A stretch of 63,829 bases of DNA, counting the filler, from Craspedostauros australis (lineage: Eukaryota), in NCBI GenBank assembly GCA_030167865.1. It is 12 parts of 12 records of this genome, joined end to end, with 100 filler letters (N's around TTAATTAATTAA, not from the genome) between each part and the next. Parts side by side here need not be neighbours in the genome. Positions count along the whole stretch, not along the records: positions 8,500 to 24,581 come from JALAGF010004547.1; 11 more parts are not named here. The stretch is one strand, 5' to 3'. A model generated the notes under the pieces. The model was not told where the DNA came from and did not search any database. It worked only from the letters and a program-made list of their open reading frames with translations. Both the position numbers and the translations under genes were made by a program. Shown here piece by piece: positions 12,342 through 24,681 of this stretch (positions are counted from its first letter, which is position 1; every line of letters begins with the position of its first letter).

Positions 12342-14733
12342 CTTGCTTTCCTGCGCTTAGACTTGAAGTCGCAGATGCAGTTGCAGCCAATCGCCGAGCG
12401 GGTACGCAACCATGAATACCACAGCATCACACCGCCCGTCTACACTCAGACACAATTTTCACCATACACAAACATATCATATAATAGAATACCATACAAT
12501 AGATTACCAAACAAGAGAATACCATGCGAGTACGAATGATGATGGTCGATGCGTCCACCGCACTCATGGGGACAGCAGAGATCCTGGCTTGACACCATTT
12601 TGTTTTGGCCCATTCCATGATCACTCAGGAGCACTCAACTCAACTCAACTCCATCTTTGTATCTGTTGATTCAAAGCTGGATGCTGCCTCGCTTGCTGCA
12701 TTGGTAGCGCATAGTACTTCAGCTTGATGGATGCCTTCGGACCTGCTTCATCCAGTGGTTCAATGATGTTGCTCGGATGAGATGCGCACAAGAGAGGGGA
12801 GTTGGAGACGTGGTTTGATGGTTGTGACGGATCTTTGTGGATACCTTTATCGACTCATCTGAATGGATCACACACTTCGATCGTGGAAGCTAGGGACTCA
12901 TTTGGACACGACCAAACAAGAACAAAAATGGCGCACAACATCACCAAATTTGTGGCTTCTCTTTTTGTTCGCCAGAATGGCAGACACGAGATGAGACAAC
13001 GGCGACGGCGGTGAGGACGCCATGAAGAGGAATGGCCATGGTCATGTGGCGTGGTGTGGTGTGGTGTGGGACGAGGATGGCAGATGAAGGTGGAATGAAG
13101 TGCCACTGCTATTGATGAGCGCCGATGAAGCACGGCGTTGCCAATGATGACCACATGACAATCGCGTTGACAGACATCCATCAGTGAAGAGAAGAGCAGA
13201 GAAGAGAAGAGATGAGGTATGGACGTGACCGAGCATGACGGGATGTGATGGGACGGCAACCAACGGCCAGGATCAAGAGAAGGTGATGCGAGACAGAGAG
13301 ACGGAGAAACACAGAACACAGCATTGCTACTCCAAGCATGCCAGCAGCGCATTCAACGATCTCATGACGACTCCATCACCACGAATGAAGTTACGATGAT
13401 CACGATGATCATGATGTGAACGTCCACAGACACAGCTCATGCCACCATGGTCAGAGGTATCATCAATATCAGCTTCTGCGACACGAGGATCGATGGTCGG
13501 GGTAGCATCGCAGGATGTGGGCGGAATCTGGCGTCGCAGATCCAAGAAGCCCGAGGATGCGCAGCACGAACCAGACATGCTGATCCTCGGCAATACTTCA
13601 GCAACCGCGGTTGCTCAGCCTGCTCCAAAGCAGAATACAACACGGCTGCACGAAGCGGAGAAGCGCTGCAAGCGTGCCTGCGCATCGAGCATCCATAGAT
13701 GGAGGATGCTTCCACATGGCCAGCTCACAGTTGCCAACGCCAGTATTCGTCCTCGACACTTGATCAAGTGTCATGGGTTTGACAACACACACACACAGAT
13801 CAGGATTTAGGAAAGCAATGATTGCCGTTGCCGATGAATCCAGCATCAGTTCAACCATGGAGGCGATCATTGCATGCCAGGCGACGATGAAGGAGAGGAT
13901 TGACAAAAAATGACCAACATCTTCCCCGCAACCTACATCCGATGGAGATGAGAACATCAGGCAACCGATGCCATGAGGACCATACAACATGTCCGACGAG
14001 TCATCCCCAATGAAGTCCCTCAAGTGACGGGCACAGCAGTGCGTTGTGAAGGCTTGTAGCCATCAAAACATCAGCAGATCCGCGGCACAAGTTCCAACGC
14101 GCTTACCGAAACGTAGCGGACTGGAATGAATGCTTCTGCTCTACCTTTGGAGTGCATGTGTTGCGTTTCGCATCCTCCCCATGCACTCTTTGCTTTCCCG
14201 GGCGGTTGCGGTAGAATTGGCTTGCGTGAACTGTGCGGCAGCGACATCAGACAACCCTATTGGACTTGACTCCGAGTGAAAGGGACATGTGCTTTATCAG
14301 TTGCTCAACTGTACGTACGTCAGCCAGAGACGTTGGCAATGGATCTGCTCAAGGCTCGGCTGCGCTGGCGTTCCGTGCTCCTCGCTAGTTCACCATCGCA
14401 CCAACATCTATGGGATCTTCCCATCAGGTTGAGACGTCACAAATCCGGACCAAAACATCAGCTCTGGCGATTCTGGTATGCAGCATGATACCATCCACAA
14501 CACAAAGCACAGCAATTGCAAAGCGAGCACAACGTGCAGATCAACCTACGTCTTTTCACTGAATGCAAGCAAAAGGGTTGAACTAATGAATGGCTCGCCA
14601 TGCGCGGCGTGCCATTGAATGGATCACTGATCATCTGCTTGAATCATAGTTACTAGTACTACTCTTACTCCTCATCTAATTCATCTTCATTCCATGACAT
14701 GCTCCTCAGTCTGCTGCTGTTGTTGTTGCTGCT

Positions 14734-16478
14734 TTATTTCTCTTCCTTGGCAGCGCCGTCGCTCTCAGCCACCCTGGAAGATGTGATGGAACGCACGAAG
14801 CGCAACAGCGCAACGCGATACATGTACGAATGGACCTGCGCAACACCCTCGTCTTCATCCACAACCTTGTACAACTACATCATGGACATACGACCGTACC
14901 CATCATCAACTCCATCACTCTCCGCTCCCCCACTGCAGAGGACATGGATGCCTCCCATCAGTTGGGGCTGTATAATCAGCTTGCTGAAATCTGAATGAGT
15001 GAACATATCTTTCTCGCTTTCAGCTGCCATTCTCATTGCCGCATCCTTCAACATCACACAGTTGTGTTGATGGGCGAATAGCAATGCATCTATCATGTTG
15101 TCCTCTGTGAGATGCTTGTGGGCCAACTCTGCTTCAAGAACAAGCTTGAGTCGCCAGAAGCCGAATTCGTTGGCCACAAGGATCAGCTGTTGCAGATCAT
15201 CCTGTCCCGTGAGGATGGGAGTTGGCAGGTGAAGGGCGTCTGCATCGTGGTGAGCGCCGGCGTGAGCGCCGGCATGAGCTCCGATGTGAGCAGCAGCGTT
15301 GTCACGAGCGCTGTCATTGAAGGATATCTCGCCTGTGTAGATGCATTGGAGAACGTATCGGACGTGTGTTTGGTTGAAGGTTGGGAAGAGGGACAGTTGC
15401 TTGCATGGGACCGTGCCGTCTTCGGTGCCATCATTCGCGTGCTGATGTTGGATTCCTTTGTCAATCAGTGTCTCAATGGATGGGACGGTGATCATGAGGA
15501 CTTCGGCATTTGCCTTGATTGGTTGTTGTTGGTTGCCCTGTCCACACAAGAAGATGGTGTCTGCCGTGTTCTCAGTTTGAAAGGATCTGAGGCGGTCTTC
15601 TCCAATGCGATGTTGGTCCTCTTGTGGGTACTGTGTTTGTGTTCATTCTCTTGCCTCTTTCGCTTCAACTGTTGTCCCAACTGTTCTTGTGGCTGTTCAT
15701 TCTCTTGCTCGTTTTGTTGTAAGCGTTGCTGCAGTTGTTGCAGTTGTGGGTGAGCTGAAGGCGAAAGCCCTCTGATGAGGGACTCCATACACTCCAGGTG
15801 GCCGCTGTCGCATGCGTTATCAAGGGGAGTGATACCATAGTTGTTTTGGCAGTTGATGTTGGCCTCACATGATTCGATGAGGTACTCCACGCACTCCAGT
15901 TTGCCGTTGCAGCATGCCCAATGAAGGGGAGTGTAACCATAGTTGTCTTTGCAGTTGATGTTCGCCTCTCGTGATTTGGTGAGGTACTCCACGCACTCCA
16001 GGTGGCCGCTGTCGCATGCGTTATGAAGGGGAGTGATACCATAGTTGTTTTGGCAGTTGATGTTGGCCTCACATGATTCGATGAGGTACTCCACGCACTC
16101 CAGTTTGCCGTTGTAGCATGCCCAATGAAGGGGAGTCCAACCATCGTTGTCTTTGCAGTTGATGTTCGCCTCACATGATTCGATGAGGTACTCCACACAC
16201 TCCAGGCGGCCACACTTGCATGCCCGATGAAGGGGAGTCCAACCTTGGTTGTCTTTGCAGTTGATGTTCGCCTCACATGATTCGATGAGGTACTTCACAC
16301 ACTCCAGGTGGCCGTTGTGGCATGCCCAATGAAGGGGAGTCAAACCAGCCCAGCCTGTAACCTGGCTGACATCAACTCCTTCATTCTGCGACTCGTTCTG
16401 CTTCTTCCATTCCTTCAACACCGACAAGTCACCTTCCCTGGCAGCATCAATGAGTTGTTGGTCTGTGATATTCGGCAT
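14734..16478 (-). pseudogene. Ankyrin-repeat + BTB/POZ(-BACK-like) gene with one frameshift and one in-frame stop
   Basis: Ankyrin ORF from ATG 16478 and a Gln-rich coiled coil. A frame change at about 15645-15585 leads into DRLRSFQTENTADTIFLCG...VLQCIYTG...LILVANEFGFWRLK...DALLFAHQHNCVMLKDAA (BTB). After TAG 14875-14877 the frame continues LYKVVDEDEG...RVALLRFV to TAA 14734-14736. Could be assembly error rather than a true pseudogene. Confidence 0.8.
15775..16346 (-). repeat. Six near-identical 102-bp tandem ankyrin-coding units
   Basis: 34-aa unit GxTPLHxACxxGxLECVEYLIESCEANINCxxNx; units 3-4 and 5-6 form a 204-bp duplication. Confidence 0.95.
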
Positions 16479-18425
16479 TTTGAGAGGATGGTCAATGATT
16501 GACGTTGGACGATTGGCGTTGGATTGACTGTCGAGGAAGTGTGCTGTTCGAGCTACCCATGACATGTGTGTTGTTGATGTGTTGGAGTGTGGGGTTGAGC
16601 AGTGTGTGCAGTTGCCTCGTTTCGATGTTCTCCCGTTTCTCTCCTCGTTTCTCTGTTTGTCTACTTCTTGATCGCACCCCTGGTTTGGGAGAGGGCACCA
16701 GCGCTGTCTGGAGAGTGCGGATCCTTCCTTTTGCTGACTACGAACTGGCGCACACAACAACGAGAAGAAGGAACAGGATACGACACGCCCCACAAGATCG
16801 CTGTTGCGAACGCGAGAACACCACAAATGGGAATCGTCGATTCTCGCTTCACCGCTTTTGCGCGCGCCGCAAGATGGAGAATCGCGAACAAGGCCAAAAC
16901 GACGGAAGGAAAAAGAACGTTTTGGAATAAGTGACCACTGCGACTCAACTGAAGGGACCATGAGCACCGTAGCGTCTGTGCGTTATTCACCTAATAGGTA
17001 GATATACCATGATTTTCAACCCTCCACAACTTCAAACTGATTGGACGGAACAAATCTCGTTCTTGCCATACGATGTATCTGATGTAAGAGAAGAGATCTA
17101 TGCAGTTAGTTTTCACATAGAAACCACGTTCCCAAGAAAGGTGTACTATTTTCACTCAACCGGGTCTGATGTCGCCTGTCCGTGAGTACGTTTCATTCAC
17201 GAATGTTTGGCGGAAAATCGAGGTCGACAGGGTCTCGGATCCGTGAACCAACCAGAAATGTACCGAATCAGTCTCATTGACAAAAAAACAAAACAAGGAA
17301 CAACGCAAAAAACGCACCTACAAAGGACCGGTTAGAGATAGCTTGGCCATGTTCATCGCCTCATAACTTTATAAAAAAGAGCCGGATTCACTTTCTAGCA
17401 CCTTCCCCTGACTACCAATGTGTTATTGTAGATATTATGTAATATTACAGAATATGATTTACTTTTAGTCTGAATAGGAGCCCATGTTTTCAGGATCCTG
17501 TTGGGACCGTACGGTCATTGGCTGGCGTGGGTCGTACTCAAATTATTGTGGATGGCCGGCTCTGCTGTTGGATTTTGGCGCCGGCTGGCTGGCGACAACA
17601 AATTTCGGTTTGAATTTTTGGCGCGACTCGTCCGCGGTTGAACACCAACACGATCAACAACACAAACAACGGTGTGTGTCATGAAAGCAGCTCGTTTCAG
17701 CCGAAGCCGCTTCTGTGGCACCAAGAAAACGAGTTCCGCAACAGAGCCAGATGTTCTCATAAAACCGAAGGGATCTCAAAAGCAAAGCGATCAACCAAGC
17801 GTTGCAAACAGTGATCAATAGCAGCCAGACCATCAGCAGCTCCATCCAACAACGACAACCACAAAAACATCAACTGAGAGGTGAGTGCAACGCAAGCAGA
17901 CTCGAACAGAACACAGCGCACGGTGCTATGGCATCATGATGCGGCGATATACACTGAACGACGCAGCGTGATGAATGGTCATGACTGTTATGGCACAATC
18001 GGACCACCGGCCAACAAGACGCCTTTCCGTCTTGTGCGCGATGCCTCCCTCCTCGTCTGCTGGTGCACTCATCGTCACGACTATCGCAACGTCACCTCGT
18101 TGCGAAGGAAGTTGTCGATGCCTTCTCCTCTGCCGACCTGTGTCCAACGAAAGAATGGGAACTCGTCCCTCCTCGTGGTTACCACATTGCGTTCGCAAAT
18201 CGAGTGACGCTGGTGTTCACCGGCGATCTGTGCCCATCGGGACTCGATGACTCGTGACAACATCCACGACTGACATGGATCTCGAAAATGACGAAAACCC
18301 AAAGTTCGGAAACAACACACAAAAACTGACCCACCACCGCTTCTGACACAATCTCAATCTTCTCCTACCACCACATGCACCAATCCTCGCTGTCAACTTC
18401 CTGCAGGCACCAAACAACAGCCAAG

Positions 18426-21400
18426 ATGTTCAGGATCAAGGCGGCCATCCTCAGCGCGCTCCTCCTCGCCCATGTGGGCTCAACGGAGGCCGTGCTGCGT
18501 GGCAGCAGAGCCGTGGGCCAGACCGAAGAGCTTCACGTCATGATGCAAGCCACCCGTACCCTCAAGGCCGGCGATGGCGGCGGCGACAAGCAAGACAAGG
18601 AGGGCAACAAAAAGAACAAGGACACGGAGGCGCCAACCAGCAACCCGACGGCCACCCCTGGCATGCCAACGGCGGCACCAACCAGCGCCCCAACTTCGGC
18701 ACCGACATCCGCACCGACCAGTGCCCCAACTTCGGCACCAACATCCGCACCGACCAGCGCCCCTACGTCGGCACCGACGTCTGCCCCGACCGCCACCCCT
18801 GGCATGCCAACGGCCGCACCGACCAGCGCCCCAACATCGGCTCCAACATCGGCCCCAACCAGCGCCCCGACATCCGCACCGACTTCGGCACCAACTTCGG
18901 CACCGACCAGCGCCCCAACATCGGCTCCAACTTCGGCTCCAACTTCGGCACCAACTTCGGCACCAACCAGCGCTCCAACCAGCGCTCCTACGTCGGCACC
19001 GACTTCTGCCCCAACCGCCACACCTGGCATGCCAACAGCGGCCCCAACCTCGGCTCCAACTTCAGCACCAACATCCGCCCCAACCTCGGCCCCAACCGCA
19101 CCAACCGCAGCACCAACCAGCGCACCCACGTTGGTACCAACATCTGCCCCAACCAGCGCACCCACATCCGCACCAACCTCGGCTCCAACTTCGGGACCAA
19201 CATCCGCGCCAACCTCGGCACCGACATCGGGACCAACTTCAGCACCCACTTCTGCTCCAACGTCGGGACCAACATCTGCACCGACATCGGTTCCAACATC
19301 CGCCCCAACTTCGGCACCGACGTCGGCACCGACATCCGCACCAACCGCGTTCGATGCCACCATCACCACTCAGTGCAATCCCGATGACGGCGGAGGCGCG
19401 ACTGTGGGAGACGTGAAGACCATCATCTGCAACAGAGACAAGGCTTCGTGCCGCCAGGCCATCCTTGCCGTCCGCGGCCTCCCGGATCTTCAAACATTCT
19501 TCGCATGTGCCGGCGACGGTACCAGCGAGGGAGCGTCCCGCACTCTGTTCAACAAGTTCGCTTCCAATCCAGACCTCGCTCAGCAACTCGAGATGGCCTT
19601 CTCCACAGGAACTCAATTCGTCACCGCCTTGGCTTCCGGCATCGCCGCGGCGTGCATGGGAGCTCCGGGTACCTGCTGCACACCGGCTGGTACCTGCACC
19701 TCCAGTTCCCCTCTTTCGTACATGACCGTGGCACTCAACGCATGTGTGGGAGACTTGGCATGCGATAGCATGGGACCCAACGCCATCGTCCTTGAATCTT
19801 CCTGCAACGGGGATAACGCATGCCAAGGCATGAATTCAAACGACGCTCCGGCGGACCCGGTGGCATCTGGAGTCACCTTTGTGGGCGAAGTCGCCTGTAC
19901 CACTGCGAGCTCTTGCAAGTACCTTGGAGTGTTCTCCTACGGCGATGTGATCATTCAGAACGGAGCGTGTGTTGGAGCGAACTCCTGTACCGAGGTTGGA
20001 GTGCGTCAACTGCAGACCACTGCAGGACGCACCGTGGCCAATATCAACATCGGGCAGAACGCCTGCAACGAGGTCAACTCGTGCAACAGAGCCCACTCCT
20101 CCGGCACTGGGAGTACAGGAACCAAGATCGGCGGAAGCCTCAGCATCGAGGACGGAGCCTGTGTTGGCAGCAGCGCCTGCGAAGACCTGGCCAACAGTGA
20201 CCTCATGACCACAGACGTGGTCGTCGAGGCTGACGAGTGCTTCGGAACCGAAACCTGCAAGGGATGCGTCATTGACAATTGCCCCACCCCGTTCAACCAG
20301 GTGTACGTCATCAGCAACGCAGCCCTCGCGTGCCCCAAGGACACCATGGGCAACCCAACCGGTGCCGCTGTCTCAGGCTCCTGCGTCAGCAGGGCCGATC
20401 GCCCAACCGAGTGCCCTACCTTCGCCCCAACTCCGCTCATGAGCGACGTCCCGTCCGTCCTTCCGTCCGAGCTCCCGTCGCTTGGCCCAACCGGAAAGCC
20501 GACCGATATTCCAACCGACCGTCCATCCGAGCTCCCGTCCATTGGTCCGTCCAACATCCCAAGTGTCCTTCCATCCGACGGACCCACCATCGAACCAACC
20601 GCTGCTCCAACCATCAACAAGACTACGCTGCAGACGCTCTGCCTGACAACTCCTGGTGATGTTGATGGCGGGTTGACGATGGGACCAGAGGTGCTCTGCG
20701 ACGACAACATGGGCGTGTGCACCAACTTCGTGAACGACATCGAGTCGCTCCCTGATAACAAGGACAGACTCGTCAAGAGTATCTTCGGATGTGGGGATGG
20801 TCTACTCATGACCAACGGCGTCGCCCAAAGACGCTTCGACACCATCAAGAACGACGCGAGTGCCATCACCGCCATCCTTGGTGCCCTTGAGGGCAGTGGC
20901 ATTATCTTGACCGGAACTGCATCGGCTATCTCCGACGAATGTACTGCGAACAGCGCCCCGTGCTGCACTGCAATCGGTTCAGATTGCACCGCACCAACTT
21001 CCACCGATGTCATCACCATCACTCCAGACTCGTGCTCCGGAGACCTGTCCTGCAACGGCCTTGGCCCCGACGCCATCATCCTCGGCAGCTGTCTCGGTAT
21101 GAATTCCTGCAATGGCCTTGGCAGCTTCGACAACGCACCCGACCCCGCGGCCGTCATTGGTCACACCATCATCGGACCAGCAGCCTGCACCAACGAAGAT
21201 AGCTGCAGAGGCCTGGGAAGCAACATCTACGGAAACATCCGCATTGAGCGTGCCGCATGCAACGGTGTGGGCAGCTGCCTCGGCATGGGGGAGCGCGTGC
21301 AACAGTCATCGATGGTCATCACACCAGTTCTTGCCGATATCATCGTGCAGCAGGAGGGATGCCAGGGACAGCGCTCGTGCCAGAACGTCCACCGCGGAAC

Positions 21401-21653
21401 TGGAAAGACCGAAGGAAGCCTCAACATCGGAGTGGGCGCCTGCATGTCCGTTGACAGCTGCAACGGCGCCGCAAGTGGCAACACTGCGGTCGATGACCTC
21501 GTCATCGCCGACGGTGTTTGCATGACCAGCAACAGTTGCCAGAACTGCGTCGCCACCGACATGTGCCCCGGCGACCCTGCTCAGACCTACACCATCGCCG
21601 ACCCGAGCATGGACTGCCCCACCGTCAACGGAGGTGCATGCACTTCTTCGTAA
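18426..21653 (+). CDS. Large secreted mucin-like/cysteine-rich extracellular protein (about 1075 aa, single ORF)
   Basis: Signal peptide MFRIKAAILSALLLAHVGSTEA, LRG and RTL motifs, long PTSA repeat tract, two copies of a Cys-rich module (IGxxACxxxxSC repeats) separated by a P/S/T linker. No transmembrane anchor seen. Confidence 0.88.
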   Translation: MFRIKAAILSALLLAHVGSTEAVLRGSRAVGQTEELHVMMQATRTLKAGDGGGDKQDKEGNKKNKDTEAPTSNPTATPGMPTAAPTSAPTSAPTSAPTSAPTSAPTSAPTSAPTSAPTSAPTATPGMPTAAPTSAPTSAPTSAPTSAPTSAPTSAPTSAPTSAPTSAPTSAPTSAPTSAPTSAPTSAPTSAPTSAPTATPGMPTAAPTSAPTSAPTSAPTSAPTAPTAAPTSAPTLVPTSAPTSAPTSAPTSAPTSGPTSAPTSAPTSGPTSAPTSAPTSGPTSAPTSVPTSAPTSAPTSAPTSAPTAFDATITTQCNPDDGGGATVGDVKTIICNRDKASCRQAILAVRGLPDLQTFFACAGDGTSEGASRTLFNKFASNPDLAQQLEMAFSTGTQFVTALASGIAAACMGAPGTCCTPAGTCTSSSPLSYMTVALNACVGDLACDSMGPNAIVLESSCNGDNACQGMNSNDAPADPVASGVTFVGEVACTTASSCKYLGVFSYGDVIIQNGACVGANSCTEVGVRQLQTTAGRTVANINIGQNACNEVNSCNRAHSSGTGSTGTKIGGSLSIEDGACVGSSACEDLANSDLMTTDVVVEADECFGTETCKGCVIDNCPTPFNQVYVISNAALACPKDTMGNPTGAAVSGSCVSRADRPTECPTFAPTPLMSDVPSVLPSELPSLGPTGKPTDIPTDRPSELPSIGPSNIPSVLPSDGPTIEPTAAPTINKTTLQTLCLTTPGDVDGGLTMGPEVLCDDNMGVCTNFVNDIESLPDNKDRLVKSIFGCGDGLLMTNGVAQRRFDTIKNDASAITAILGALEGSGIILTGTASAISDECTANSAPCCTAIGSDCTAPTSTDVITITPDSCSGDLSCNGLGPDAIILGSCLGMNSCNGLGSFDNAPDPAAVIGHTIIGPAACTNEDSCRGLGSNIYGNIRIERAACNGVGSCLGMGERVQQSSMVITPVLADIIVQQEGCQGQRSCQNVHRGTGKTEGSLNIGVGACMSVDSCNGAASGNTAVDDLVIADGVCMTSNSCQNCVATDMCPGDPAQTYTIADPSMDCPTVNGGACTSS
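18644..19347 (+). repeat. 12-bp coding minisatellite (PTSA)n with three PTATPGMPTAA higher-order markers
   Basis: Read directly; markers at about 18644, 18785 and 19010; synonymous variation among units. Confidence 0.95.
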
Positions 21654-24600
21654 ACACAACGCATGATCCATCCATCAACCGCTGTGTGCGCATACCGACG
21701 AGTGACAGCATCTGGCACCACGCTCCCAAGTCCAACGCGCAGCTGCAACTGCCGATCCTCAGTTGAGAGGACGGTGAGGCGCGCGAGAACCAACCAACCA
21801 CGTGGGTCCGTCGGCGTTCAGAGCCTGTGCCATACTCACACCCACACATCCACACATCAACATTCAACAAAACCACCCCGATCAATTGAAGCGCTACACA
21901 ATCGAACCAACCCCAACCAACACAAACAAAATGAACAGTGATCCATCTCGCAAACCCCCCTCACCCCCCTCCCCATTGCATCTGCATTTGCATGTTTATC
22001 TGGGAGTGAGCCTGTTCCTGACGTCCATAGAGGCGACGTATCTTGTGCACGGAGACGACCGGCGACGAAGTGTCTGCCTACCGGTATCAACCGCATGAAA
22101 GTCTGAAAGGAAAAAGGATTACAGCCGTCTGCACAAGAGGCTGTGTCGTCTTGCCCATGTCCACATTGGAGTCTAAACTGCGAATGGTCATGTGCTGTCC
22201 CACGACCTCTTCTTTCGAGTAGATCAGATCAAACCTTGGCCCGAGTATTGCCAGGGAATGATTTGATAGCATCTATAAATTAGCGAAGAGAACAGCACAT
22301 GTAAAACAACAATCGTCTCATCGCTATTGCCTCGCGAGCACCAGCGCACGCACCAGTCTTGAGAGAGCAATAGCAGCACAATTCATTGTATATGTTTCTG
22401 TCAGAGGTGAGGAGAAGGGATAGGAGGCGCCCCAGTTTGCTTGTCGACATCGCCGTATTTGTGCGCGTCGCCCAAGGCCAAAGTCAGAGTAGTCGTAGAT
22501 GAGTTCCACTGGTTGCCTGCCTGATGCTCTCTACTGACTCAGCAGCAGTGGCGAGATGTTCTGCTCTGTTTTCTGCTGGCTGCGCTCTTTTCAATACTCC
22601 GCGGATCCATCGAGTGAACCAGATGATCTGCAGAATCGGTGGCTGTGGTGCAACGCCCCGATCATGAGTGTCGTTGTCCATGCCCACGTCCCAGTGCAGG
22701 TGGTTTTGAACTTGGATACCCGTATACTATTATATGTACAGACGCTCAGGCAACGGTGCTGCGGGTTGGATCCATGCACTCCACATACATATTAACCATG
22801 CTTTTTTGTTTTGTAATGTAATATTGTATTACATTATACTATCCAGCTGGTGGTCAGATGCGCTCAGCAGCACTTTGATGAAGCCACAGGTGGGCTGCAG
22901 CTGGTGCATGCTGTTGCAGGCAGGCACTCTGGGGACTGACTCCACACCGAATGGATCGAACAGGAGATAGAAGTGTACCATACTCTATAGCAGCTCCTTC
23001 CTCCCTCCTGCATGTGCAAATTGTGTGGGGAAAGTGGTGATCGTGTCCATGTGGACATGGGCGTTGTACGACTACAAACATGAGCTATTCGTAGGAATCG
23101 TTTGGGGCTACACTTTGCAATAGTCAACCAGCGTGCGAAGGAGACGCAGTCTCGAGGCCCAGAGCTCGACAATCAACATCAGCAACAATTTGGCACCCGA
23201 TAAGATCGGAGCCCATGTGCATGTTAGAGTATCTGTTCTCCACAAAGTGGACAACTCTTACTGCGCCAAGTAGCGCTCTCTCCTGCCACCGCCCTCTCAC
23301 TTTGTTGTTGTCTTCCTTTCGCAGTTGCACATATTCGCACTTGTCGAATCTGTGCAACCTTGGGCACGTGTCATCCAACTATCGGATGGTTGTGTGGAAT
23401 TGGCAGTGGTCTTTCCAAGTTACGACACACGTGAAACCGATTTAGAGTGAAAAAGAGTAAAGATGTAGATTATGAGTCTTATCCATGTCGTATGCGTCAG
23501 TGTCTTGGCTGCATTACCGTGTTGTTCATGATTGGTAACAGCGTCTATCGTGTAACGCCATTTCAACGGTTTCATACATATCCGTGAGGAAAATAAAAGG
23601 ACTCGTGAGTCCGTTTAGCGCTAAGTGGACTCACCAATCCACTTGGCATTTTTGTTGCTTCGTAAGTGGACTCACCGATCCAGGAGGATACGGAAAAGCA
23701 CAGACCAGCGCGTCAAGTCTTGGAGCGTATCTAAATTGTTAATTCTGACTTTCCAAAAAGGTCTGAAAATAGGGTTATTTTTTGAGAGGAATACGCGAAT
23801 TGTATTTTCCCAAAGGTGCACTTGTNNNNNNNNNTCATCAGTGCTGTACGCGTCACTCTGTGTGGTTTGTCTGTTGTGACAACAACTGTGTGTTCGTTGA
23901 CACAGATTGGCGTGTGTGGTTCTTTTGATGACTTCAGCTGTTGTGGTGCTTGATCCACACAAGGTGCCTCTGTTCTGGTACACAGCCAGCAAGTGTCATT
24001 GCACAAGGAGCGTTGGTAAATTGTTTGTTGGGTCGAAGTTGTCTCGCACCAAACCGCATCACACCACTCGCGTCACCAGGACAGCATGCACAGTCGTGTG
24101 GCATCGAACAGGCACCGAAGCGTCTGTGCCATGAAGCACATTGGGACGGGTTCATTGGCAAGTTGGCGCTCTCACGCTGTTGGGTGGGAAGATTTGCGAT
24201 TTGGTGGATCTCTCTCTCTCTGTGTCACCACAACACAAACAATCGTGTGAGCGAGTTGTTGTCGCCACGGTGGCGAGTTGATTGCCAATGACGGTTTTCG
24301 CTGTGACCCAGTCTTCGATTGATACGCATGCGCATAATGTCTGTTTCTTCTTCGCTTAAATCAATGAACACAAGTGAGCTCTGGGCATATTTTATAGAAC
24401 TTGCTTTTTGTCGCAAACATGTCCGTAACCATAAATACCTGCATGCGATGACGTCCGATTGCCCATTCAGGACAAAAATGACAAAATACTGGCACCTGCA
24501 TGGAGCACAGCCTGCACTGGGCACGGTAGAACAGGATGGTGTCCATGTCTCCCCACGAAGACTGTTTCCAATGGGCATGACNNNNNNNNNNNNNNNNNNN

Positions 24601-24681
24601 NNNNNNNNNNNNNNNNNNNNNNNNNTTAATTAATTAANNNNNNNNNNNNNNNNNNNNNNNNNNNNNNNNNNNNNNNNNNNN

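Noticed and set aside
18533..21157. Long antisense ORFs (18533-19369, 20006-21157) and similar shadows over TE and ankyrin genes
   Set aside because: By-products of repeat structure and codon bias on the coding strand.
22324..22800. Decayed SET-domain gene (YVECMDPTRSTVA, ELIYDY on the minus strand)
   Set aside because: Only two short motifs separated by stops; the NHS motif was not found.
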